A stretch of DNA of 64,000 nucleotides from a bacterium (GTDB lineage: Bacteria > UBA8248), in the NCBI GenBank assembly GCA_965207065.1, contig OZ242260.1:128001-192000 (forward strand), written 5' to 3'. Positions 48,932 through 59,133 of the stretch are shown here, in pieces. The notes under the pieces are model-generated. The model did no database searches, had not been told where the DNA came from, and saw nothing but the letters and a program-made list of their open reading frames with translations. The first letter of the stretch is position 1, and each line of letters opens with the position of its first letter. A program made the translations under genes and the position numbers.

Positions 48932-50425
48932 CTTTTGGGGCAATTCAGGCTTGACCCAAATGTTTCCTTTGGCGGTATGTTTCTTTTCCCACCCACATTT
49001 CTTCAGATATGAACCCAAACGCTTCGCTGACATCGTGCTGTATCCTTGGTGCTCATCGAATAGTTTCTTGTTGATTTCGGATATCTTCATGCGAGTTTTG
49101 GGGTCGATTTGGCTTGAAAATTTTTCTATTATTTCAAACGTAATATCATCACGATATGCATTTTTCTGATTGATCGTTGCTTGTTTTTCGCTGATTAGTT
49201 TCATCTTGTCATACGCACGTCCACCGTTAAGATATTCATCATAAGCGTCGCTGATGCATTGTTTGATTCTTTGGTTATCGGTGATGGTCTCGTATTGGCA
49301 ATCTTCTTTGTTTGACCCTATCTCCACGATGACGAAGCGCCGGTTGTCCCATTCATCATCCATAATGGGAAATTCCGCATCCGTGGTTCCGATGATCATG
49401 GTGGTTCTGGGAGAAACAGATGTGTATTTGTCGAATTTCTTATCGTATGTATCCGTGCTGGAGGTGATGAAGGACTTGAGTTTTTCAAGTTCCGCTTTCT
49501 TCATGCCCATCAATTCGTTGTTTTCCACGAACATTTTTCCCGAAATGCTCATCACAAGAGATCGATATTGTTCGTGAAAATTGAAGTTGTTGTTGATGAA
49601 TTCGGACCGTAATTCGAAATCTGAAGGCAACAAATTGCCCACAAAAATTGATTTACCGATACCACCCGCCCCTTTCAAGATTGGGATGTAATCCATTTTG
49701 CAGCCAGGATTGAGCATCCGTTCGATAGCGCCGAGATAGAGATACCTGCCAACCACCCGGTTGTAATTGTTGTCTTCCACGCCGAAACAATCGATCAGGC
49801 ACCTTTCATGGTATAGATCACCCGATGGCCCCATTTCCTCATGTATGGACTTGATATATTCCTCCATCACATTCTTTTGGTTATCCAGCGCCATGCTTTC
49901 CACGGCATCACGCATCATCACACTCGAGAATTCCGCTTCGGATAAATTTTTACCGTGATTAAATTTGAATTTTCGTGCGATTTCAGCACGAAGTTGCAAG
50001 ACATGGTCATCACTTAGACGAGAGGTTTTTCCTTCCCTTTGGATATATATGGTGCCTGAAACAACATCTTTGAATAGACGCACATCCAGCTGCCGCAGGG
50101 CATCTTTCGCTCCCGACATTTTTTTCTTCAAGATGTTCTCACCATCATTCCCGGTGCTATCTTTGGCATTTATTTGTTTCTGGTGTGTCTCCGCATCAAG
50201 CCAAATTTGTTGTAATTCCTCATCGGAAAAACACTGATACCCATCCGAATTTTCCTTGTTCAATTTGAGAAACGATGCTTTGAAATCATTCAAATTGGCC
50301 TGTGGAATTGTTCCTTCCAGATGTTTCTTCCATACCTCATTGGTGGATGCAACTAGTTCGGTGTGTAGTATGGTTTTTTCGAAGTTTGTTTCGGGGTGTG
50401 TTTGTGTTTCTGCGTTGTTCGACAT
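48908..50425 (-). CDS. VapE (virulence-associated E) family P-loop helicase-like replication protein of phage/satellite type
   Basis: PGCKMDYIPILKGAGGIGKS, ENNEL, LKSFITSSTD, IIGTT, NRRF; C-terminal winged-helix-like KRLGSYLKKCGW; low GC. Confidence 0.82.
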   Translation of the reverse strand: MSNNAETQTHPETNFEKTILHTELVASTNEVWKKHLEGTIPQANLNDFKASFLKLNKENSDGYQCFSDEELQQIWLDAETHQKQINAKDSTGNDGENILKKKMSGAKDALRQLDVRLFKDVVSGTIYIQREGKTSRLSDDHVLQLRAEIARKFKFNHGKNLSEAEFSSVMMRDAVESMALDNQKNVMEEYIKSIHEEMGPSGDLYHERCLIDCFGVEDNNYNRVVGRYLYLGAIERMLNPGCKMDYIPILKGAGGIGKSIFVGNLLPSDFELRSEFINNNFNFHEQYRSLVMSISGKMFVENNELMGMKKAELEKLKSFITSSTDTYDKKFDKYTSVSPRTTMIIGTTDAEFPIMDDEWDNRRFVIVEIGSNKEDCQYETITDNQRIKQCISDAYDEYLNGGRAYDKMKLISEKQATINQKNAYRDDITFEIIEKFSSQIDPKTRMKISEINKKLFDEHQGYSTMSAKRLGSYLKKCGWEKKHTAKGNIWVKPELPQKGSFMNHE

Positions 50426-50933
50426 AATTCTTTCTCCTTGAAATGGGTTGAAAAGTGTCTTGTCTCGTTGTCATTCAGGTTTTTTGCGGTTGGGGAGTGT
50501 GCCCACCCCCCAACCAAACCCAAATCAAGAAGTCAAGACAGGAGTATTTATCAATTTTGAATTTTCACGATGTATTTCTGAAAATCATCACAAATGAGGA
50601 CAGCGGGAATTCGGTATCGGCTTCGTCGGTTATCTGTCAGGGAGCATTTCCAAGAGTAGGATTTTGCTGCGCCCTGCAAATCAACAAATGCTTGATATCA
50701 CGCAAATGTTCATGTTGCTTCATGGTGATTTCCTCGAACTCTCAAAATTATTCAGATGTCCTGGTCACTACATTTATGCACGTATTCAAAGAGCACGAGG
50801 AAATCTTGAACTGTCCATCTTCTTCGCCCATTACTATTTGTGCGTTGAGTCATCATCAAATTAATTCGCCAACTACCTACTCATATGTCAACGACCCAAA
50901 CGACCGATCCATGTGTCAGAAAGTGAGGATCGT

Positions 50934-52169
50934 GAGTTACCCTCAGATCTTGTGTATGGGCTGAATTGAAGAAGGCGGCGCATTCCTGCTGAAATAGGGT
51001 TGTCAGAAGCCCGGTCATTCAGCACATAGGAGATGCGCCACCATGCACAAAGATACGACGATTCCCTTTACCAATCCAGCCTATCGAGACGAGTTGAGCG
51101 AACTGGTGCGCGAGGGCGCGCAACGAATCATCCGCCAGGCCGTGGAAGCGGTGTTCGGGGCCTTCCTGGAGGAACACGCGGACGAGCGTGAGGCGCGGGG
51201 CCGTCGCGCGGTGGTGCTGGGCGGCTACCTGCCGTAGCGGGAGGTTTTGACGGGGGTCGGCCCGGTGCGGGTTCGGGTCCCGCGGACGCGGGACAGGTCG
51301 GGCGCGGGGCGGTGCTTCCGCTCGGAGTTGTTGCCGCCGTATTTGAAGAAGACGAGGCGTGCGGAGGCGGTGATTCCGTGGCTGTACCTGAAGGGGATAT
51401 CGACGAATGACTTCGGTGAGGCGCTCACGGCGCTGTTCGACGAGTCGGTGAAGGGCTTGTCTGCGGCGACGATTGTGCGGCTCAAGGGCGGCTGGGAGCG
51501 CGAGTACGCACAGTGGCGCGAGCGGGACTGGTGCGGCGAGGAGTTCGTGTATCTGTGGGCGGACGGCATCTACGTGAACGTGCGCGGCGGGGAGCGACGT
51601 TGTCTGCTGGTGGTTGTGGGCTGCGACACGCGTGGCCGCCGAGGTGTTTCCCGAGACCCGGGCGCAACGCTGCTGGGTGCACAAGACGGCGAACGTGCTC
51701 GACAAGCTGCCGGGGCGCGTTCAGGGCGAAGCGAAGTCCATGCATATGGCGGGCCGACACCCGGATAAATGCGCAAAAGGCGTTCGAACGCTTCCTCGCC
51801 ACCTGGGAGGCGAAGTATCTCAGGGCCGCCGAATGCCTGGCGAAGGATCAGGAGGAACTACTTGCCTTCTATGACTTCCCGGCGGCGCACTGGGGGCATC
51901 TGCGGACGACGAACCCCATCGAGTCGACCTTCGCCACCATCCGCTTGCGAACGGCGAAGACCAGGAACTGCCTGAGCGAGAAGACGGCGCTGAGCCTCGT
52001 GCATCAGCTCGCCATGAGCGCCCAGAAGCGTTTGAGCCGACTACGCGGCTTCCGTCATCTGGCCGAGGTAATTGCCGACATGAGGTTCGTCGATGGAGTG
52101 AACGACAAAGAAACGGGCAGGAGGGCCGCTGGATTCAGGATGGCCATACACCACATTTGACCGTAACTC
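50934..52169 (+). mobile_element. IS256-family element, decayed
   Basis: TIRs GAGTTACCCTCAGATCTTGTGTATGG / GAGTTACGGTCAAATGTGGTGTATGG. Confidence 0.88.
51043..52160 (+). pseudogene. IS256-family transposase pseudogene
   Basis: VRVPRTRD, LYLKGIST, YLWADGIY, QRCWVHK, RTTNPIES spread over several frames; internal TAG at 51235 and an apparent internal deletion. Confidence 0.9.
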
Positions 52170-52389
52170 GAGGTTTGCTAAGCTGAAATCTTTGTTAACT
52201 GTGGTGGGGACTCGCCATAGCCGAGAGCGACATACGCTCGTGATCAAAATTAATCCCAATGTGTTCCCATTTACTATATTGAGTGAAAATTGTAGATACA
52301 GATTCTCAACATCGTGTGGTGGATGTAGGAACGAATGGGCATTCGCTCAGCCAATCGGTCCGTCTCCCAGGACCGACCACTGAAACGGC

Positions 52390-53160
52390 CTAACTTGAAG
52401 CTTGATCCGTAGTACCACGCATAAATTCTTTGAACGTGGCTATATCTTCGTCGCTCGGAACGTTATTGTCGGCCAGCGCACGGATGTCATCGGCAATATC
52501 GCGTCGATTTATCATGCCCAAACTATAGGCACCGTTTTCAAGCTCGTAATCAATTGAGCCACACCAAGGATTGATACGTCCTTGCCCCGGACGTAGCGCG
52601 ACCGAATTGTTTTTCTTCCATACTTCATGTTTAGCTAGCGTAACTCGGATTGCTTCAAGGCGTATGAATAAAAGGCATGTGCGTTTTAGGTCACGTTTTA
52701 TCGTCTTTAGATTATCTGGGTTGTCAATTACTGACTGGAGTTGGAGAGCGCGATATTCCCGGCCGAAATGTGGAGGCCCCACTTTATTTTTGCGCGCTAC
52801 ATGCTTTTGCGCGAGCCCACCAGATTCTGCCCATTTGATTATGTCTCTAGCACGATGCCGCCAAGTCCTAAGGAGTTCGTAAGCTGCAAATATCCACATT
52901 TGCGATTGAGCCGAAAGGAAGACAACTTTAGAAACTGGAGTTTGCTCTTCTCTAGCCGATATTTCCAAAAGTTCGTGCTCAAACTCGGTCAGCCACTGAT
53001 CTATAATTGCGAGATTGAAAGCCTGCATACACAAAAACGGGTCGTCTCCAAATAAACTGAGATTGCAAAGTGCGGTGCGGAGTGAGGGCGAATCAATCGA
53101 AGACATTGGCGAATAAGGCAACGAATTCCCATAATCCTTATTTGGTTTCATGTCGCTCAC
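52390..53160 (-). CDS. hypothetical protein
   Basis: 256-aa ORF in the low-GC island, no recognised motif. Confidence 0.6.
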   Translation of the reverse strand: MSDMKPNKDYGNSLPYSPMSSIDSPSLRTALCNLSLFGDDPFLCMQAFNLAIIDQWLTEFEHELLEISAREEQTPVSKVVFLSAQSQMWIFAAYELLRTWRHRARDIIKWAESGGLAQKHVARKNKVGPPHFGREYRALQLQSVIDNPDNLKTIKRDLKRTCLLFIRLEAIRVTLAKHEVWKKNNSVALRPGQGRINPWCGSIDYELENGAYSLGMINRRDIADDIRALADNNVPSDEDIATFKEFMRGTTDQASS

Positions 53161-54083
53161 ATATCGCCCAATCTACTGTCATGGCGTCAATATCGGGAAC
53201 CGATTTCACTTATTTCGAACATGAAAATATGATGCAGAATATTCTTACTGGAAGGGTAGTTCTGCGTTTCAACCCCCTACCCGTAACTTCCGCAAGGTTC
53301 ACAAAACATGCCTCTAGGCCGCTGCGGCAACGTTAAGCTCGATCAATCTCGAAGGTCAAGTACCTAGACCTAAAATAGCAATTTGGAGGAATGCAACCGG
53401 CTGACTTGGAGCAGGGAATGGTGGTTCCTGAATGAAAGCTACAGGGCACCGACATAACAGCAGGCAAGTTATTTTGGACCGAATATTGGAGGACTGTGCG
53501 ACACGGAACCGCTAGGATACGCAGAAGTTAGAATCCGCCCGCTTCCGGTTTGATTGCACCTTGAAGAAAGCGAATCCCCAACGAAACTCCCCAAAAACAA
53601 ATACTCAAAATATTTTCAACAAACTACAAAGACTTCACGTCCGTTGGAAATCCCCCGCCGCCTGAAAACGGGCGAAAAGCCCCGTGAATTTATAGAATTT
53701 TTCGGAAATACCGAGTGATGAAACCCGACTAAGGAGGGGGGCGGGTTTGACGACCATTGCGGGATAGATTGCCAAGCGATTAAGAAGCGATGGTCGTACC
53801 CGTCCACCGCCTCGAACCGCCTGACCAGAGTCTCGTCGCCGTCGAGGAATCTGAACGCCCACACGTCGTCGGCACCGGTGGCAATCGTCCCCCCAAGCCG
53901 CCCGTCCGGCTTCGCTCCGCCGACCTAAAAAAAAATGGTGAAGCAATCCGTCTGTGTGCTAACATTCCCACCGGTTAATCGTTGTGGTCGGTTAATGAAG
54001 CCAAGAGCTTCGTCGGCGGAACGGGTGATGGCGACTCTGACGATGGGTTCGTCGTTTCTGCAACGCCCAAGAAAGGATATTTC

Positions 54084-55361
54084 GTGGAAGCGAACCTCAC
54101 CGTCATTCTGATCGTTGCCGTCTGCTCCGGTCTCTATATGGCCTGGGGGATCGGCGCCAACGATGTTGCGAATTCGATGGGAACCTCGGTCGGGTCGGGG
54201 GCCATCACGGTAGGCACCGCCATCGTGATCGCGGGCGTATTCGAATTCCTCGGGGCGTTTCTGGCCGGCGGCGAAGTTACCTCGACGATCCGCAAGGGCA
54301 TCATCGACGCGGATGCGCTCGGCCAGGATTCGGACCTGCTCGTCATCGGCATGCTGTCGGCGCTCCTGGCGGCCGCCGTCTGGCTGACGGTCGCCTCCAG
54401 ATTCGGCTGGCCCGTCTCTACCACGCACTCGATAGTCGGCGCGATCATCGGATTCGCGGTTGTGGCGGTCGGGTTCGAGGCCGTCCGCTGGTGGGGCGTG
54501 GCGAAGATTGTCGCGAGCTGGGTCGTCACGCCCATCCTCGCCGGAACGATCTCGTTTCTGCTGGTTCTGAGCGTGCAGTGGCTGATCTTCAATAAAGACG
54601 ATCCTGCAAAGTACGCGCGCCGTTATGTGCCGGTCTACATCTTCGCCGCGGTGCTCATCACCTCGGTCGTGACGTTCGTCAAGGGCTTGAAGCACGTCGG
54701 CCTTGATCTGGGTACACCCCTGGCGATCTTCTATTCGGTGCTGTTTGCCGCCGCCATCGCGTGCGCCGGCCGCGCCGTCATCAATCGCATGAGCTTCGAG
54801 AGCGGCGATTCTCACTCGGGGGGAGGGTCGCGCTTCGCTAACGTCGAGCGGGCATTCGGAATCCTGATGATCGTCACCGCGTCGGGCATGGCGTTTGCCC
54901 ACGGCTCCAACGACGTCGCCAACGCCATCGGGCCGCTGGCCGCAATCATCGCCGTGGCGACGACCGGCGCGGTCGCCTCGAAGTCGGCGGTTCCACCCTG
55001 GCTTCTGCTGGTCGGCGCCTTCGGCATCGTCGTCGGCCTGGCGACGTTCGGGTACCGGGTAATGGCGACGATCGGGAGGAAGATCACGGAGCTCACGCCG
55101 AGCCGCGGGTTCGCCGCCGAGTTCGCCGCCGCGTCGACGGTGGTGGTGGCGAGCGGTACGGGGTTGCCGGTCTCGACGACGCAGACGCTCGTGGGCGCGG
55201 TAATCGGAGTCGGGCTGGCCCGTGGCATGGGCGCCCTCGACTTCGGCGTGGTGCGCACGATCTTCGTGTCCTGGGTTGTGACGCTTCCCGCCGGGGCCGC
55301 GCTCGCGGTGCTGTTCTACTTTATCCTGAGCCTGATCTTGGGCGGGAGCGCCGGGCCATGA
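54084..55361 (+). CDS. inorganic phosphate transporter (PiT family)
   Basis: GIGANDVANSMGTSVGS, PVSTTHSIVG, HGSNDVANAIGP, LPVSTT; GTG start after AAAGGA. Confidence 0.93.
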   Translation: MEANLTVILIVAVCSGLYMAWGIGANDVANSMGTSVGSGAITVGTAIVIAGVFEFLGAFLAGGEVTSTIRKGIIDADALGQDSDLLVIGMLSALLAAAVWLTVASRFGWPVSTTHSIVGAIIGFAVVAVGFEAVRWWGVAKIVASWVVTPILAGTISFLLVLSVQWLIFNKDDPAKYARRYVPVYIFAAVLITSVVTFVKGLKHVGLDLGTPLAIFYSVLFAAAIACAGRAVINRMSFESGDSHSGGGSRFANVERAFGILMIVTASGMAFAHGSNDVANAIGPLAAIIAVATTGAVASKSAVPPWLLLVGAFGIVVGLATFGYRVMATIGRKITELTPSRGFAAEFAAASTVVVASGTGLPVSTTQTLVGAVIGVGLARGMGALDFGVVRTIFVSWVVTLPAGAALAVLFYFILSLILGGSAGP

Positions 55362-55999
55362 GATTCGCCGAGGAATTCCTGCTCCTGCTCCGCGCCGAGG
55401 ACGGAACGCTCTCGAGGGCGGCGGAATGGTTGGTGCGGGCCGCGCTCGGCGCCGCCGTGTTGATGGATCTCGCGCTCGAGAACCGCATCGACACCGACCC
55501 CGACGGGTTGTTCCTCACCGATTCGACGCCGGTCGGCGACCCTCTGCTCGATCCGATGCTCGCCGAGATTGCGCGGGCGGAAACGACCCATGACGCCCTC
55601 TACTGGGTGGATCACGCCACCCGGCACGCCGACGAAATCCGCGAAACCGCATTGGAGCGGCTCATCGGGAACGGGGTACTGGAACTGAAGGATGACCGCT
55701 TCCTCTGGATATTCGGGACGCGACGCTACTTGGTCGCGGATGAGAAGGTCGAGCGTGCGTTGGTGAAACGGATCAGAACGGTGCTCTTGAGCGAGGTGAT
55801 TCCCGACCCTGAGGACATCATCATCATCACCCTCGCGGACGGCTGCGGCCTCATCGGCCCGCTGTTGTCTTCCGACGAGGCGGCTCGGGCTGCGCCGCGG
55901 CTCGAACTGGTGCGGATGATGGACCTGATCGGGCGGGCGTTCCTGAACGCCATGGACGTGGCCGTCCAGCCCGCAGCGGGCAGGCTCGACCGGAGCTGA
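55358..55999 (+). CDS. GPP34 (GOLPH3/Vps74-like) family protein
   Basis: AEEFLLL, GAAVLMDLALENRI, GDPLLD, LERLI..GVL, FLWIF..RRY. Confidence 0.8.
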   Translation: MRFAEEFLLLLRAEDGTLSRAAEWLVRAALGAAVLMDLALENRIDTDPDGLFLTDSTPVGDPLLDPMLAEIARAETTHDALYWVDHATRHADEIRETALERLIGNGVLELKDDRFLWIFGTRRYLVADEKVERALVKRIRTVLLSEVIPDPEDIIIITLADGCGLIGPLLSSDEAARAAPRLELVRMMDLIGRAFLNAMDVAVQPAAGRLDRS

Positions 56000-56133
56000 C
56001 CCCGCCGACCCCCGTCGATTCGCCTTGCAATGCAAGATCGGGATTGCGCCCCCACGACGCACGGCCCGGTCGACCACGGCCACCCGTTCGGCAGGGTCAA
56101 CCGCAGGCGTCTGCGGCTGATGACGATCGGAAA

Positions 56134-56622
56134 CTAGAAGAAGAGAATCAACAGGAAGAGGCTTACCAGGCCGCCGATCATGAAACAGGCGGCGCTGACG
56201 GTGCCGGCCACCGTGGTGTAGTCCGCGATGCGAAACGTCTCGCTGTTCACCGTGAAGAGCACTTTCGTGCGATCCAGGTTGCCGTCGACGAACTGCTTGA
56301 GCCCGTCTTCCGCCCCGTGGGCTTCTTTCACCGAGACCAGGGTCACCAGAACGAGGGTAAGAGCCGCCATGAGAACGCCGGTTCCGAACACGACCAGAGC
56401 CAGCAGGAGCATCCAGTGGTAGAACGCATTCTCAGCCTTCGCGTTATTGCTCATGAACCCGATGATCAACGCGGTGCCGCCCGCATTGCCGTAGAGCAGC
56501 ATGCGCCCCGACTCGGTGATCAGCCGGAACATGGTGCCGCGCCGCAGGGCGATGACCTTGTAGAGTTCGCGCAGCCACTCCTCTCCGACTTCTTCGGTGG
56601 AAAACTCGTCTACCTTTTTCAA
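56134..56622 (-). CDS. hypothetical membrane protein
   Basis: Three hydrophobic segments; start overlaps the upstream stop. Confidence 0.6.
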   Translation of the reverse strand: MKKVDEFSTEEVGEEWLRELYKVIALRRGTMFRLITESGRMLLYGNAGGTALIIGFMSNNAKAENAFYHWMLLLALVVFGTGVLMAALTLVLVTLVSVKEAHGAEDGLKQFVDGNLDRTKVLFTVNSETFRIADYTTVAGTVSAACFMIGGLVSLFLLILFF

Positions 56623-57814
56623 GGCCGCCCTCTCCTTTCGTGGAATCGCCGCAGTTCCCGAGATTCGGTCATCCTGACGTATTTCGAGCCGAAGTTGGTC
56701 CCGGGCTTGAATTCAACGGTCCAGTCGTCGATGAGTATTGAGCCGGCGGCCAAAGCCTGCCGCAGGAATCTCTCCCGCGTAACTTCCCCGCCCGTGCGTT
56801 CCAGCACGGCGATGACGAAGCGCCCGAGAATGTAGCCCTCCAGAGACAACTGGCTGAAGGCGGGCTGAACGGAGCCATTGCGCTTCTCCTCCGCTCTCGC
56901 CAGCATGGCGCGCTGGTAACTTCTGACGATTTTTCTGCTCGCGTCGTTCGCGTCCGGCAGCACCTCGCTCATCATGATTTTGCCGCTCGGCGCTTTCAGC
57001 CTCCGCCTCAAACTCTCGGATTGGGCGATGGACAGAATCGTCATGATGTAACCGTATCCCAGGTCGTTCGCGAGATTGATGATCTCCGCACTGGCCCCAC
57101 CCGTCCCGCCGATCATCAAGACGTCGAGGTCGGCTTTTTGCAGGACGAAAAGGCCCGCGTGAACGGCATGGGTGTTGCGCGAAAAACTCGCTTTCGCCAG
57201 GACGCGGAGTTTGTGCCCGGCGAGCGCCGCCCGGTAGCTCTTCAATATGGAGCGCCCGAAAGCGTCGTCCTGATAGATGATGCCGAAGCGCTTCTTCCCA
57301 TGGTAACGAACGATGTGGTCCACCAAGGCGCGGACCTCCTGGGAATAGCTCGCCCTCAGGTGGACGAGGTTGGGATACCGCTTGGCGTCGCGTAGAAAGT
57401 CGGCGCCGCTCAGGACGCCCACCAACGGGATACCGGCGTTTCGCAGCACCGGCGCGGCGCGCTTCGTCGTAGGGGTTCCCGTTCCGCCGATCAAGGCGAG
57501 CACGTCGTTTCCGGCGGCGAACCTCTTCGCGTTCGCCGCGGCTCTTTGCGGCTCATATCCGTCGTCGAGCGAAATCAACTTCAACACCCTCCCGCCTACG
57601 CCCCCGCGGGCGTTGCGCTCATCGAGCGCCGCGTGGAGGCCGCTCTGGAAGAGCAAACCCGCGCGCCTGGCCGGCCCCGAGATGCTGACGGTCTGGCCGA
57701 AAACCACCGCCTCCGCACTCACGCCGGGCGCCGCCGCCGAGAGCGACGGAGCCAGCAGCAGCGCCAGCGCCAGAAAGGGCGCCGCCCGAAGCATTCCGAA
57801 CAGTCGATCCGTCA
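56619..57814 (-). CDS. PBP1 (Leu-binding-like) substrate-binding protein
   Basis: Signal peptide, NARGGVGGR, DDGYEP, GTPT, RASYSQE, YQDDAFG, SLEGY. Confidence 0.85.
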
Positions 57815-57816
57815 TC

Positions 57817-59133
57817 TTATTTTCCCGTCTTACGCCCATGATTGTTCCCGCCCGCGCCAAGCATCTTCTCCGTCATCGGCCTCTGGTCCGCCCGGTTTCC
57901 GAGTCCTCTGCGGCCGCGCGCGCCGTGGCGATGGGAGAATATGGAGGGGGTATCGAATATGAGAGAGCGGGGATTGGCCACCCGCGCGTGATCGCGCTCC
58001 GAGCGCCTTTTGTGGAACTGGCCTTGCATCAGCGGCTTGTCCGACCGGGTGGTTTCGAACTGGTGGATGTAGGGCGGCATCGTGGCCCTGCTCAATCGCC
58101 CATCGCCGTCGGCGGACGTATGCGGCATTCGCGTCACCATTTCCGCCCGGGCATGGCCTGCCCCTTCCGCCGGGCCGAACCCGGCCACGCCGTCGAGCAT
58201 GTTGATGTCGATGGTCGAGTCCTTACCCGGATTCACCACCGACAGGGTCGCCTCGGTGAAGATCGCGCGCATGCGCTGCCAATAACGCGTGATGGCCACC
58301 TGTTTCGGGTTCTTCCTGTATTCGGCCAGCAACGCCTTGAAGGCGTGGACGCTGCCTCGCGCCTGAACGAGGCGTTCGCGGGCGTTCGCCTTCGCGTTCA
58401 TGATCAGCGCCACGGCCTGCCCCTTGCTGCGAGCGAGGAGTTTTTCCCTCTGGCTGTTCGCCCGGCTCACGACCTGCTCGCGCTCGGCGATGGCGTCGTT
58501 GACGTCGCGGAACGCCTGGAGGGTCTCGGGGATCGGGCGCACCTCGACGATGTTCAGCGTGACGAGTTCAACCCCGACGCCCAGCGATTCGAGGCGTTTA
58601 CGCACGATATCGGACAACTGCCGTTGAATGACGTCGCGGTTCGAGGTGAAGATCAAGTCGATGTAGTTTTCCCCCAGTATCTTCACCAATCCCTCCCGGA
58701 CGAGCATGGTGAGCATCGTGCGGGGGTCGGAGGCCGCAAAGAGGTAGGAGCGCAGGTTCTTGATCTTGTATTGAACGGCCACATCCGCTTCGAGGAGGTT
58801 CATGTCTCCGGAGAGTATCGTAAAGTTGATCGTGCCGCCGCGCCTGCTCCCTACCTGGTATCCGACGATCCTCTTGACCTGGCGGACGTACGCTCGTTCG
58901 ATGAGTGGGACGGCGTAGCCCAGCCCCGGGCCGATTTCGGCGTCGACCACTTTCCCGAAGCGGGTGCGTACGGCTTGCTCTTCTTTCTTGACGACGTAGA
59001 AGCCGCTCGCCAGGAATCCGAGCACGCAGACGGCGACAAGACCGCCGATAATTTTCTTGTAATTCCGCCCGAAATAGTCGAATACGGCGTATATGATTCG
59101 CGTGCTCGGCGGCTTTGGATGTTCTTCGTTCAT
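57817..59133 (-). CDS. HflK-like SPFH protein
   Basis: N-terminal TM, VRTRFGK, GPGLGY, LSGDMNL, VQYKI, AFRDVNDA, ARSKGQA. Confidence 0.85.
   Translation of the reverse strand: MNEEHPKPPSTRIIYAVFDYFGRNYKKIIGGLVAVCVLGFLASGFYVVKKEEQAVRTRFGKVVDAEIGPGLGYAVPLIERAYVRQVKRIVGYQVGSRRGGTINFTILSGDMNLLEADVAVQYKIKNLRSYLFAASDPRTMLTMLVREGLVKILGENYIDLIFTSNRDVIQRQLSDIVRKRLESLGVGVELVTLNIVEVRPIPETLQAFRDVNDAIAEREQVVSRANSQREKLLARSKGQAVALIMNAKANARERLVQARGSVHAFKALLAEYRKNPKQVAITRYWQRMRAIFTEATLSVVNPGKDSTIDINMLDGVAGFGPAEGAGHARAEMVTRMPHTSADGDGRLSRATMPPYIHQFETTRSDKPLMQGQFHKRRSERDHARVANPRSLIFDTPSIFSHRHGARGRRGLGNRADQRPMTEKMLGAGGNNHGRKTGK

Noticed and set aside
50925-52178. Target-site duplication for IS256
   Set aside because: Flanks GAGGATCGT and GAGGTTTGC match only 6 of 9
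53640-53665. tRNA/tmRNA-like 3' end as the right att site
   Set aside because: No GTTC T-loop or CCA and no match to the tRNA-Ala fragment
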